64,000 nucleotides of DNA from Balanoglossus misakiensis (lineage: Eukaryota; Animalia; Hemichordata). Made by a program: the position numbers and the translations under genes. The notes below the pieces were generated by a model. The model did no database searches. It was not told where the DNA came from and saw nothing but the letters and a program-made list of their open reading frames with translations. The stretch lies in the NCBI GenBank assembly GCA_040954595.2, contig CM082589.2, forward strand, positions 8,688,232 through 8,752,231, in the 5' to 3' direction. This document shows, piece by piece, positions 42,281 through 55,869 of this stretch (position 1 is its first letter; each line of letters opens with the position of its first letter).

Positions 42281-42842
42281 TTGTAACGACGCCGCCACCT
42301 AATACTGTACTGGAGGGAGGAACTTAATACTTGTAACGACGCTGCCACCTAATACTGTACTGGAGGGAGGAACTTAATACTTGTAACGACGCTGCCACCT
42401 AATACTGTACTGGAGGGAGGAACTTAATACTTGTAACGACGCCGCCACCTAATACTGTACTGGAGGGAGGAACTTAATACTTGTAACGACGCCGCCACCT
42501 AATACTGTACTGGAGGGAGGAACTTAATACTTGTAACGACGCCGCCACCTAATACTGTACTGGAGGGAGGAACTTAATACTTGTAACGACGCCGCCACCT
42601 AATACTGTACTGGAGGGAGGAACTTAATACTTGTAACGACGCCGCAACCTAATAGTGTACTGGAGGGATGAACTTAATACTTGTAACGACGCCGCCACCT
42701 AATACTGTACTGGAGGGATGAACTTAATACTTGTAACGACGCCGCCACGTAATACTGTACTGGAGGGATGAACTTAATACTTGTAACGACGCCGCCACCT
42801 AATACTGTACTGGATGGATGAACTTAAACTTGTAACAACGCC
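42281..42842. repeat. 50-bp minisatellite, about 11 copies
   Basis: Unit ttgtaacgacgccgccacctaatactgtactggagggaggaacttaatac. Confidence 0.95.
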
Positions 42843-43026
42843 AGATGATGCTTCTGTGACCAGAGAGACGAACAACGCCATGATTTGTTGATCTGATCTA
42901 ATTAATAATATTCATTCTTTTTTTCCCAATAGGTTCATTGGTAATATCATCGCCGGAGGGAGTCTAATCAATATCTACAACAACGCCGCGCCTGATAACA
43001 ATATCATAACCAGAGGGATGCTGTCA

Positions 43027-43206
43027 ATAGGTTAGGTTAATAAAAATGGTTTAATCTGAGGGAATGGTAAAGGGTTGGTGTATGAATATGTTAGGGTAAT
43101 AAAAAATGGTATAATCTAACGGAATGGTGAAGGGTTGATGTATGAATAGGTTAGGCTAATAAAAAATGGTATAATGTAATGGAATGGTGAAGGGTTGGTG
43201 TATGAT
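43027..43206. repeat. 60-bp tandem repeat, 3 copies
   Basis: Unit approximately taggttaggNtaataaaaaatggtataatctaaNggaatggtgaagggttggtgtatgaa. Confidence 0.8.
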
Positions 43207-43637
43207 GTCTAATAAAACAGTGTGCACAAGGGTACTGTAACAAAACTGTCTGCATGGGTATAATATTATGGTTTCAAGGGTATGATAAGTAATTAAAATA
43301 CTATAAAAACAAGGGTAATGCCACGTGGTAAATAAAAACTGTACATGTACAGAGGGTAAATACCGGTATAATATATAAGGGTGTAAACATCAATGGTGTA
43401 ATAATAAAAAATGGGTAACACAAGGTTTTGGTGGTATAATAATAATAAAATGGTATTAACTTGATGGTATAAACATTATGGGATGTGTATAAATGGTGTT
43501 AATATTACAAAGGTATGATGATTAATTGGGGTGTAATAATAAGAAATTTAAAATCATTGGATAATTTATTAATGTCAGGTTGGGTAAAATAATTTTTGCT
43601 ATGCATTCGTGTAATTTGTCTGCCGATTTCTTGCAGC

Positions 43638-43820
43638 GTTACCCGCGTTCGCGTTCTTCATTGCAGGTCGCTCGTCGTGTAATGGAATTTCGCCGTGTGC
43701 CCGTTTGATTCGCCGATGGATTTTTTACAACGTTACCCGCGTTCGCGTTCTTCATCGCAGTTCGCTCGTCGTGTAATGGAATTTCGCCGTGTGCCCGTTC
43801 GATTCGCCGATGGATTTTTT
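43638..43820. repeat. CpG-rich direct repeat of about 93 bp, 2 copies
   Basis: cgttacccgcgttcgcgttcttcat...gattcgccgatggattttt occurs twice in tandem. Confidence 0.85.
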
Positions 43821-44764
43821 GCTTTCGTCATCGTAATTCCCGCATCAACACGAATCCTCAATCTCACGTAACAACAATACATCAAAACGTACACAGAAAA
43901 AAAGGAGTCGGCAAGACAATTCTGGTTAGTGTGAGCCCCAACCTTTTAAAATTCACAACGGGGGAGGGGGCAGTTTTTCCTCATTTTATATTTGGCTCGA
44001 GGTTTTTAACTGTCCCCAGGCGCGTAAAGTTAGTTAGTTTATCACACAGAATGTAATTATCTTGCTTGATTTAAAAAAACACTAAAATTGTATGGGGGAG
44101 CTTCTTGCGATTTGCACTTAAGAAACTGATGGTTTTTACCCATAGATAATATTTAGTATTAAGCACATAATTGCCTAGAAATAAAAATTAACTCAAGGGT
44201 AGAATGCAACAGTTAATTTTGTGCAATATCAACAGGAGCTATTTTGGCACATTATTTCAGTTTGATAAACACTGTTTTTGCTCATTGTTTCATTTCGACC
44301 ACATTATTTCAGTTTGATAAACACTGTTTTTGCTCATTGTTTCATTTCGACCACTTTTGTCACCTTGTTTCAAATTGAATGCAAGCATTGTTTCTGTTTG
44401 ACCACTACTTGGGGGTAATTGTTCTAAATTGGTATGCAAGATATTTTACATCAGCAGTTAGCCATCTAGCCACACTTTAGCTGCACAGCATATGAAAAAT
44501 AATGAAATTCATGCAAAAAGCAAAAAAGTATTATGGGTATAATGCCATTGCAGCATTGGCGGTTCGACTCCGTCGATACTTACTTTGAAGCATAAGTCTT
44601 CATTATTTTTCATATGTAATAAATAAAACTATTCCAAATTCATATCATTGTTTTCAGTTTGTGCTTTTGCTTCAGTTAGGGGGCCCACACTTACCAAACC
44701 TGTCTTGCCATCTTTTCACATTTCTTAAAATATGCAGCGCCAGCAGTAGGCAGTATTTGATCAA

Positions 44765-47700
44765 ATTGACCCACAAATCACTCAAAATTAATAGGCAGGA
44801 TCATGTCCACTCTGGCCTGGTTACTGTCTGGCCTGGTTAATGTTGACGCGAAGGTTGACCCCACCAAACACTCAAAATTAATGGGCAGGATACTGGCCAC
44901 TCTGGCCTGGTTAATGTTGACGCAAAGGTTGACCCCACCAAACACTCAAAATTAATGGGCAGAATACTGTCCACTCTGGCCTGGTTACTATCTGGCCTGG
45001 TTAATGTTGACGCAAAGGTTGACCCCACCAAACACTCAAAATTAATGGGCAGCATACTGTCAACTCTGGCCTGGTTACTGTGTGCTCTGGTTAATGTTGA
45101 TGCAAAGGTTGACCCCACCAAACACTCAAAATTAATGGGCAGCATACTGTCCACTCAGGCCTGGTTACTGTGTGCTCTGGTTAATGTTGACGCAAAGGTT
45201 GACCCCACCAAACACTCAAAATTTATGGGTAGCATACTGTCCACTCTGGCCTGGTTACTATGTGCTCTGGTTAATGTTGACGCAAAGGTTGACCCCACTA
45301 AACACTCAAAATTAATGGGCAGCATAATGTCCACTCTGGCCTGGTAACTGTGTGCTCTGGTTAATGTTGACGCAAAGGTTGACCCCACCAAACACTCAAA
45401 ATTAATGGGCAGCATACTGTCCACTCTGGCCTGGTTATTGTGTGCTGTTATTAATATTGACACACAGGTTGACCCGACTAAACACTCAAAATTAATGGGC
45501 AGAATACTGTCCACACTGGCCTGGTTACTGTGTGCTCTGGTTAATGTTGACGCAAAGGTTGACCCCACCAAACACTCAAAATTAATGGGCAGCATACTGT
45601 CCACTCTGGTCTGGTTACTGTGTGCTCTGGTTAATGTTGACGCACAGGTTGACCCCACCAAACACTCAAAATTAATGGGCAGCATACTGTCCACTCTTGC
45701 CTGGTTACTGTGTGCTCTGGTTAATGTTGACGCAAAGGTTGACCCCACCAAACACTCAAAATTAATGGGCAGCATACTGTCCACTCTGGCCTGGTTACTG
45801 TGTGCTCTGGTTAATGTTGACGCACAGGTTGGCCCCACCAAACACTCAAAATAAATGGGCAGCATACTGTCCACTCTTGCCTGGTTACTGTGTGCTCTGG
45901 TTAATGTTGACGCAAAGGTTGACCCCACCAAACACTCAAAATTAATGGGCAGCATACTGTCCACTCTGGTCTGGTTACTGTGTGCTCTGGTTAATGTTGA
46001 CGCAAAGGTTGACCCCACCAAACACTCAAAATTAATGGGCAGCATACTGTCCACTCTGGTCTGGTTACTGTTTGCTCTGGTTAATGTTGACACACAGGTT
46101 GACCCGACTAAACACTCAAAATTAATGGGCAGCATACTGTCCACTCTTGCCTGGTTACTGTGTGCTCTGGTTAATGTTGACGCAAAGGTTGACCCCACCA
46201 AACACTCAAAATTAATGGGCAGAATACTGTCCACACTGGCCTGGTTACTGTGTGCTCTGGTTAATGTTGACACACAGGTTGACCCGACTAAACACTCAAA
46301 ATTAATGGGCAGCATACTGTCCACTCTTGCCTGGTTACTGTGTGCTCTAGTTAATGTTGACGCAAAGGTTGACCCCACCAATCACTCAAAATTAATGGGC
46401 AGCATACTGTCCACTCTGGTCTGGTTACTGTGTGCTCTGGTTAATGTTGACGCACAGGTTGACCCCACAAAACACTCAAAATTAATGGGCAGCATACTGT
46501 CCACTCTGGTCTGGTTACTGTGTGCTCTGGTTAATGTTGACGCACAGGTTGACCCGACTAAACACTCAAAATTAATGGGCAGCATACTGTCCACTCTTGC
46601 CTGGTTACTGTGTGCTCTAGTTAATGTTGACGCAAAGGTTGACCCCACCAAACACTCAAAATTAATGGGCAGCATACTGTCCACTCTGGTCTGGTTACTG
46701 TGTGCTCTGGTTAATGTTGACGCACAGGTTGACCCCACAAAACACTCAAAATTAATGGGCAGCATACTGTCCACTCTGGTCAGGTTACTGTGTGCTCTGG
46801 TTAATGTTGACACACAGGTTGACCCGACTAAACACTCAAAATTAATGGGCAGCATACTGTCCACTCTTGCCTGGTTACTGTGTGCTCTAGTTAATGTTGA
46901 CGCAAAGGTTGACCCCACCAAACACTCAAAATTAATGGGCAGCATACTGTCCACTCTGGTCTGGTTACTGTGTGCTCTGGTTAATGTTGACGCACAGGTT
47001 GACCCCACAAAACACTCAAAATTAATGGGCAGAATACTGTCCACACTGGCCTGGTTACTGTGTGCTCTGGTTAATGTTGACGCAAAGGTTGACCCCACCA
47101 AACACTCAAAATTAATGGGCAGAATACTGTACACTCTGGCCTGGTTACTTTCTTGCCTGGTTAATGTTGACGCAAAGGTTGACCCCACCAAACACTCAAA
47201 ATTAATGGGCAGCATACTGTCCACTCTGGCCTGGTTACTGTGTGTTCTGGTTAATGTTGACGCAAAGGTTGACCCCACCAAACACTCAAAATTAATGGGC
47301 ACCATGGTGTCCACTCTGGCCTGGTTACTGTGTGCTCTGGTTAATGTTGACGCACAGGTTGACCCCACCAAACACTCAAAATAAATGGGCAGCATACTGT
47401 CCACTCTGGCCTGGTTACTGTGTGCTCTGCTTAATGTTGACGCACAGGTTGACCCCACCAAACACTCAAAATTAATGGGCACCATGGTGTCCACTCTGGC
47501 CTGGTTACTGTGTGCTCTGGTTAATGTTGACGCACAGGTTGACCCCACCAAACACTGAAAATTAATGGGCAGAATACTGTCCACTCTGGCGTGGTTACTG
47601 TGTGCTCTGGTTAATGTTGACACACAGGTTGACCCCACCAAACACTCAAAATTAATGGGCACCATGGTGTCCACTCTGGCCTGGTTACTGTGTGCTCTGG

Positions 47701-50700
47701 TTAATGTTGACGCACAGGTTGACCCCACCAAACACTCAAAATTAATGGGCAGAATACTGTCCACTCTGGCCTGGTTACTGTGTGCTCTGGTTAATGTTGA
47801 CGCACAGGTTGGCCCCACCAAACACTCAAAATAAATGGGCAGCATACTGTCCACTCTGGCCTGGTTACTGTGTGCTCTGGTTAATGTTGACGCACAGGTT
47901 GGCCCCACCAAACACTCAAAATAAATGGGCAGCATACTGTCCACTCTGGTCTGGTTACTGTGTGCTCTGGTTAATGTTGACGCACAGGTTGACCCCACCA
48001 AACACTCAAAATTAATGGGCACCATGGTGTCCACTCTGGCCTGGTTACTGTGTGCTCTGGTTAATGTTGACGCACAGGTTGACCCCACCAAACACTCAAA
48101 ATTAATGGGCAGAATACTGTCCACTCTGGCCTGGTTACTGTGTGCTCTGGTTAATGTTGACGCAAAGGTTGACCCCACCAAACACTCAAAATTAATGGGC
48201 AGCATACTGTCCACTCTGCCCTGGTTACTGTGTGCTCTGGTTAATGTTGACGCACAGGTTGGCCCCACCAAACACTCAAAATTAATGGGCAGCATACTGT
48301 CCACTCTGGCCTGGTTACTGTGTGCTCTGGTTAATGTTGACGCAAAGGTTGACCCCACCAAACACTAAAAATTAATGGGCAGCATACTGTCCACTCTGGC
48401 CTGGTTATTGTGTGCTGTGGTTAATATTGACACACAGGTTGACCCCACCAGACACTCAAAATTAATGGGCAGCATACTGTCCACTCTGGCCTGGTTACTG
48501 TGTGCTCTGGTTAATGTTGACGCACAGGTTGACCCCATCAAACACTCAAAATTAATGGGCAGCATACTATCCACTCTGTTCTGGTTACTGTGTGCTCTGG
48601 TTAATGTTGACGCAAAGGTTGACCCAACCAAACACTCAAAAGTAATGGGCAGCATACTGTCAACTCTGGCCTGGTTACTGTGTGCTCTGGTTAATGTTGA
48701 CGCAAAGGTTGACCCCACCAAACACTAAAAATTAATGGGCAGCATACTATCCACTCTGGCCTGGTTACTGTGTGCTGTGGTTAATGTTGACGCACAGGTT
48801 GACCCCACCAAACACTCAAAATAAATGGGCAGCATACTGTCCACTCTGGTCTGGTTACTGTGTGCTCTGGTTAATGTTGACGCAAAGGTTGACCCCACCA
48901 AACACTCAAAATTAATGGGCAGCATACTGTCCACTCTGGTCAGGTTACTGTGTGCTCTGGTTAATGTTGACGCACAGGTTGGCCCCACCAAACACTCAAA
49001 ATTAATGGGCAGCATACTGTCCACTCTGGCCTGGTTACTGTGTGCTCTGGTTAATGTTGACGCAAAGGTTGACCCCACCAAACACTAAAAATTAATGGGC
49101 AGCATACTGTCCACTCTGGCCTGGTTATTGTGTGCTGTGGTTAATATTGACACACAGGTTGACCCCACCAAGCACTCAAAATTAATGGGCAGCATACTGT
49201 CCACTCTGGCCTGGTTACTGTGTGCTCTGGTTAATGTTGACGCACAGGTTGACCCCATCAAACACTCAAAATTAATGGGCAACATACTGTCCACTCTGGT
49301 CTGGTTACTGTGTGCTCTGGTTAATGTTGACTCAAAGGTTGACCCAACCAAACACTCAAAAGTAATGGGCAGCATACTGTCCACTCTGGCCTGGTTACTG
49401 TGTGCTCTGGTTAATGTTGACGCAAAGGTTGACCCCACCAAACACTAAAAATTAATGGGCAGCATACTATCCACTCTGGCCTGGTTACTGTGTGCTGTGG
49501 TTAATATTGACACACAGGTTGACCCCACCAAACACTCAAAATTAATGGGCAGCATACTGTCCACTCTGGCCTGGTTACTGTGTGCTCTGGTTAATGTTGA
49601 CGCACAGGTTGACCCCATCAAACACTCAAAATTAATGGGCAGCATACTATCCACTCTGTTCTGGTTACTGTGTGCTCTGGTTAATGTTGACGCAAAGGTT
49701 GACCCAACCAAACACTCAAAAGTAATGGGCAGCATACTGTCCACTCTGGCCTGGTTACTGTGTGCTCTGGTTAATGTTGACGCAAAGGTTGACCCCACCA
49801 AACACTAAAAATTAATGGGCAGCATACTATCCACTCTGGCCTGGTTACTGTGTGCTGTGGTTAATGTTGACGCACAGGTTGACCCCACCAAACACTCAAA
49901 ATAAATGGGCAGCATACTGTCCACTCTGGTCTGGTTACTGTGTGCTCTGGTTAATGTTGACGCAAAGGTTGACCCCACCAAACACTCAAAATTAATGGGC
50001 AGCATACTGTCCACTCTGGCCTGGTTACTGTGTGCTCTGGTTAATGTTGACGCAAAGGTTGACCCCACATAACACTCAAAATTAATGGGCAGCATACTGT
50101 CCACTCTGGCCTGGTTACTGTGTGCTCTGGTTAATGTTGACGCAAAGGTTGACCCCACCAAACACTCAAAATTAATGGGCAGCATACTATCCACTCTGGC
50201 CTGGTTACTGTGTGCTGTGGTTAATGTTGACGCACAGGTTGACCCCACCAAACACTCAAAATTAATGGGCAGCATACTGTCCACTCTGGCCTGGTTACTG
50301 TGTGCTCTGGTTAATGTTGACGCAAAGGTTGACCCCACCAAACACTCAAAATTAATGGGCAGAATACTGTACACTCTGGCCTGGTTACTTTCTGGCCTAG
50401 TTAATGTTGACGCAAAGGTTGACCCCATCAAACACTCAAAATTAATGGGCAGCATACTGTCCACTCTTGCCTGGTTACTGTGTGCTCTTGTTAAGGTTGA
50501 CGCACAGGTTGACCCCACCAAACACTCAAAATTAATGGGCAGCATACTGTCCACTCTGGCCTGGTCACTGTGTGCTCTGGTTAATGTTGACGTACAGGTT
50601 GACCCCACCAAACACTCAAAATTAATGGGCAGAATACTGTCCACTCTGGCCTGATTACTGTCTGGCCTGGTTGATGTTGACGCAAAGGTTGACCCCACCA

Positions 50701-51597
50701 AACACTCAAAATTAATGGGCAGCATACTGTCCACTCTGGCCTGATTACTGTCTGGCCTGGTTGATGTTGACGCAAAGGTTGACCCCACCAAACACTCAAA
50801 ATTAATGGGCAGCATACTGTCCACTCTGGCCTGGTTACTGTGTGCTCTGGTTAATGTTGACGCAAAGGTTGACCCCACCAAACACTCAAAATTAATGGGC
50901 AGCATACTGTCCACTCTGGCCTGGTTACTATGTGCTGTGGTTAATGTTGACGCAAAGGTTGACCCCACCAAACACTCAAAATTAATGGGCAGGATACTGG
51001 ACACTCTGGCCTGGTTAATGTTGATGCAAAGGTTGACCCCACCAAACACTCGAAATTAATGGGCAGCATACTGTCCACTCTGGCCTGGTTACTGTCTGGC
51101 CTGGTTAATGTTGACGCAAAGGTTAACCCCACCAAACACTCAAAATTAATGGGCAGCATACTGTCCACTCTGGCCTGGTTACTGTCTGGCCTGGTCAATG
51201 TTGACGCAAAGGTTGACCCCACCAAACACTCGAAATTAATGGGCAGCATACTGTCCACTCTGGCCTGGTTACTGTGTGCTCTGGTTAATGTTGACGCAAA
51301 GGTTGACCCACCAAACACTCAAAATTAATGGACAGCATACTGTCCACTCTGGCCCCGTTACTGTCTGCCCTGGTTAATGTTGACGCAAAGGTTGACCCCA
51401 CCAAACACTCGAAATTAATGGGCAGCATACTGTCCACTCTGGCCTGGTTACTGTGTGCTCTGGTTAATGTTGACGCAAAGGTTGACCCCACCAAACACTC
51501 AAAATTAATGGGCAGCATACTGTCCACACTGGCCTGGTTACTGTCTGGCCTGGTTAATGTTGACGCAAAGGTTGACCGCAGCAAACACTGCAAATTA
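44765..51597. repeat. 90-bp satellite array, about 75 units
   Basis: Unit ttaatgttgacgcaaaggttgaccccaccaaacactcaaaattaatgggcagcatactgtccactctggcctggttactgtgtgctctgg. Confidence 0.98.
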
Positions 51598-51599
51598 AA

Positions 51600-51918
51600 C
51601 GATTATTCTCCCTTATGTATTTACTGTCATCGTTTGGGTTGGGGTGGCAAGCACTCTGCCCCGGTACACTAGACAAACGAGCCAAAAATGAAATGTGGCT
51701 GAGAATGAAGGGGGTTGGTGTGGAGGGGGTGTTAGAAAATGTTGTAAAATAAAAGGGTACGAAACTGCAATTTTGTGGACTCAAAAGCAAAAGTTTGGTG
51801 GCAAAAGTATGTGACCACTCTAAACGTTAACCCAGATGACCCCACCCTTTTGGACTTCAAAATTTAAGTGACCCCCCTTGATTTTGCCGGCCCTTGGCCG
51901 TAAAAACTGAACGGTCCC
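51600..51918 (-). mobile_element. Truncated inverted copy of the 13662 Harbinger-type element
   Basis: Reverse complement of about 13662-13995, ending ...ccgtaaaaactgaacggtccc-TTA. Confidence 0.8.
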
Positions 51919-54324
51919 TTAGAGCCTTTGACAAGTGGTTTTCCCCCCTGCCAAGCACCCACCTTAGCAGGCTGCATTCAATATTACATGAGCAACATGC
52001 GCAGCATTTCACCTTGTTCCTTTCACCCATATACCAAACAACTGTTCTCCAAACATATCTGCTCATCATCCACTACACACTGAGAGAGCACCAAGTGTCC
52101 TTGACGCTATTTTTTTAGATATATCTCTCGTCACGCCAATCATATCCCCGACCCAGCATGATCCAGAACTTTTTGTATAGAGTATATCTACTGTTTGTGA
52201 TTATTTATGGTATCAGCAATTCGAATACGTTTCTTTCGTATGGCATTTTCGACGAGCATCAACGCCCTGGCAAAAGTTACGTTGTCGACTTACGCTGCGA
52301 CCGCGATCTACTGTCTATGCCGCGATTAACATCTAAACAAAGCAGACATTTTCGCATGGTTCATTTACAGCTTGAATTGCTTTTTTTGGCTCTATGTGTA
52401 TTTCTGTCGATCAGTATACTCTATGACCGGCGGGCTCAAGTTTAATCTACGTATATTTTGGGCAGCAGAACCCCTCCCAAGTTGGGTAGGGAAATTGTAC
52501 CCATCACTAGCTAGCCAAGTCGGCCGCGTGTTACGGCTGTGTTGCTATCAGCGAGTCCAATCACACGCGGTTGAAGGCACAGTCCTGAATCGAACGTTGA
52601 AGCCGTCAGAGCGATCGTCATCTCGCTGTCCTCTACACTTACTATACGTACCGGTAGTTCACTGTAACAACAGTGCTCTTATTCAATATAGATCGTTTTT
52701 CGTTTATCTGGCTAGCACAAATTGGCGATCTGTTTATAGGATTAGTTAAGGTGGTAAACTGTTGCGATTCGTGTGTGTAGCCTATATAACGTACATCGCA
52801 ACTAGTCCATTATAGTGTCATGTCTCCCAATTGTGGGTAGAACACGTTGTCGGGAGAGGGTGAAGGTGATGATGGTTGATGAAGAGACGGGAACACATGC
52901 GGAGTGTAGATTTAAACGCCGATGACTTTATTTAGAAAGGCCAGCCGTGGACACACGCAGGACAAGCCTGCAGTCCCGGCTGGACCAGCGGAACGACCGC
53001 ACTCCTAGAATTCTGGAACTGAATACCCTCACTAAGATACAGCATCATTTTATAACACATCAAACTGCCCATGTGGGGTCTGTACAAAACACTATTGTTC
53101 TTCGCCCAAGCTGAGAACAAGACAAAGACATACTTTAACATTTACAATAATGATAGCCCAGGCTGAAGAATTATACAAAGACTCTACTTCACAGTTACAA
53201 TTCCGACAAAGGGACAAATGGAACTTGGAATGCGGGCTTCTGCATGGATGTAACTACATTTCCAAGGTGTGAACTCGCCAGCATGGTGTGCTAAGTTTCT
53301 AACACTGTAGGTGTGTGACAATAGGGATTGAAAATTTTGCCTTTAAAAACACGTGTGGACGGTGTAGAGTGGTTCTGAAACGACTTAGATTTGGGAGGGC
53401 CTTGCAGGTCAGAGCTGATCCGATCGATTAAAAATGCTTACAAAGAAGAATAAATAACCAGCAATAAAGAGAAATGACAAGACTTTCAATTTTACGAATA
53501 TTCTCGCATAAGTATTCTCGCGTACTTGCTCCGAGTCTATAGCATTTGTCACATTTTCAGACAAGTGAGCGAAATTCACTTTTCTGCTATAAACCACCTC
53601 TGGAAATATTTATATTGGCTTTCGCTGTGAAGCCATTATATAGTGTCACTGTTTATACTTTAGGGCTGTTTTTCACTACACTGAATAATGTTGGTGCTCA
53701 GCGAGTGCCCTCGAGCGATATGTTTTTCAGTCTTAGAATATCCAAACGTAAACACACCAAGTTTCCTACCAGGTGTTTGTATTTTAATTTTCTGGGGTTG
53801 AACACCGGTCGTGCAACATAGGCCTATACTATAGCTGCAATGACTGTGTGTTGCAGTTCGTTTGACTTGTACATAGCCTTTCTCGGACTGTATTTTGCAA
53901 GACAAACATGTTAAACTCGGTTGTCAGCATTGACAATCCCATAAATAATATGGCATTGACCAGTTCAGGCTCACGTTCCCGTCCGCAGTTCATTTTCAAG
54001 ATTATTTTTTATAGTACAGTATTTTATTACATCCGGGGCATGCCCTTAAACCCCGGTGCGGGGTATAAAAGACCCCCCAAATCAGTGGCGAATCTTAATG
54101 CCGTTTGACTGACAACAGACAACACCAACGATCTTGGCTCTATGAAAATCGTCCCAAACAGGTCCAAGCATAAAGAATTACACCACACAACGACAGTAGT
54201 TGGCTTTATAAACACACACAACATAAAGTTATCGACGAAAAAGTACACGAGCTTTTGAAACAACGATGATTTTGGGAGAAATCTGGTTTCAGTGCTTTTC
54301 AGAAGCGTCCCTGGGAAACAATAA

Positions 54325-54693
54325 CCACCAGGGTCACCTCTATGTGCAGTGGCGGCTGTTGAATACCACTTTAAACAGTTTCCTGCAGATTCACAGTCGC
54401 CGGCCTTCCTCACTTTAGACGGGCGTCAAACCAAAGTCATTAGCCATGCAATGTTTGCAAAGGTGCTCCATAAATGGGTCAGTTTATCAGGTTTGGATGC
54501 AACTCAATATTCTGGGCACAGTCTTCGTCGGGGAGGGGCTACCTTTGCACACCAGTGTGGAGCATCATTAGAAATGATCCAGCTGCAGGGGGATTGGTCG
54601 TCCATGGCAGCGCTTGTGTACTTGGCACGCCCTTTCCGCCAACGCACACAAGTAGCTCAAATGGTCTCCCATGGGCTGGGTACAATGGTTTAG
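54325..54693 (+). pseudogene. C-terminal fragment of a DIRS/Ngaro-type tyrosine recombinase
   Basis: PLCAVAAV...YSGHSLRRGGATFA...IQLQGDWSS...VYL shows the HxxR, W and catalytic Y of phage-integrase-family enzymes. The N-terminal part and RT/RNase H are not seen. Confidence 0.85.
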
Positions 54694-55869
54694 ATACTTG
54701 ATAGTGTGAAATCTTGTTGGTTGTTTGTTGCTGCTTGTTGTTTCCCCCCCCCCCTTTTGTTTTTTCGGGGGCTTTTTGCTTGGCGCCTGTAGTGGGGTAT
54801 CCTTTTGTGTTTTACTGCAACACGGTGTCTGTTTGTTGTGTTTATTTACTACCTTCAGCTTAGCTTCGAAAGGAGAATTATAAACATAACAAGGTATTGA
54901 GAAAATGATATTAAACTTGAAAGAAGATGAACCTTTCAATGAAATATATGTATATATAATTGTGTCTTCATATTATCAATATCATGGTTATACTGTGGAG
55001 CAAATAATTATTTTAATGAAGAAGGGACAAAGTTTGATTGACTGAATGAAGTTTAAAGTATATATGGCATTTCCTAATGGTTATAGCATTAATAATTAGT
55101 GCATCTTTGTATAGAGGCATATTGGCCTTTTGTATCAGGGTAGTGAGGTTTTAGAATTACTTCATTTATAGAAGCACGTTTCACCTTGATCTCAAATAAT
55201 GGAAGCATGTAATACGAGATGAGTATCAATTTAAATACATTTGTTTGGTTTTCAGGTGAATTAATCAGCATGTCAATGATATTTGAGAGTTAATGCCAGT
55301 TGTCTAATATGCAAAATGTATAATGGTGTATGTTATGAGGTTTGCTAGAGCAAATGTTCAGCCGAGCTTCTGTTCTATATAAAGCAGGCCATTAATGTCC
55401 TTTGCAGGAAAATCTTATCAATTTGATGACATTGGTTCAACATTAATGAAATACATAATTACTTCATACTAAATTGTACTGATCTAAAAATGAAAATTGG
55501 CTGAAATGTTATATTTATTTTATTTTATATATCATTACTTTTTTGGTATTTTTACATGGGTGTGTGGCAATAGTAAAGTGCACATAACAAACATGGTTTG
55601 TTTTGTGAGGTGAACTGTGTGTGAAGTTTTCTCATTTACAGGATGATGTGTAAGAATTCTAATACTTTTACACACTATGTAGAGATGTATTTATTGCGTG
55701 TGATTTATGAATTTATTTAACATTCTTAAGAATGTACGATCAGTCAAATTGTCATTTCTTTTAATATGGATTTCTGGTTTCTACTTTGTAAGCATAATAA
55801 ACATCTGTCATAAATTACAAGGTAGTGAATTTATTTGATACATGTACTGGTAACTGACATGAGTTTGCA

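Noticed and set aside
42281-42842. CRISPR-like appearance of the 50-bp and 130-bp arrays
   Set aside because: Units are entirely repeated with no unique spacers, no cas genes are present, and the context is eukaryotic.
44555-44575. ggttcgactcc, a tRNA T-loop / B-box-like word
   Set aside because: No cloverleaf or convincing A-box can be built around it.
44837-51672. Long ORFs of up to 659 aa on both strands with 30-aa repeats
   Set aside because: They arise because the 90-bp monomer is divisible by 3. Stops appear in variant units on both strands, and there are no unique flanking coding exons.
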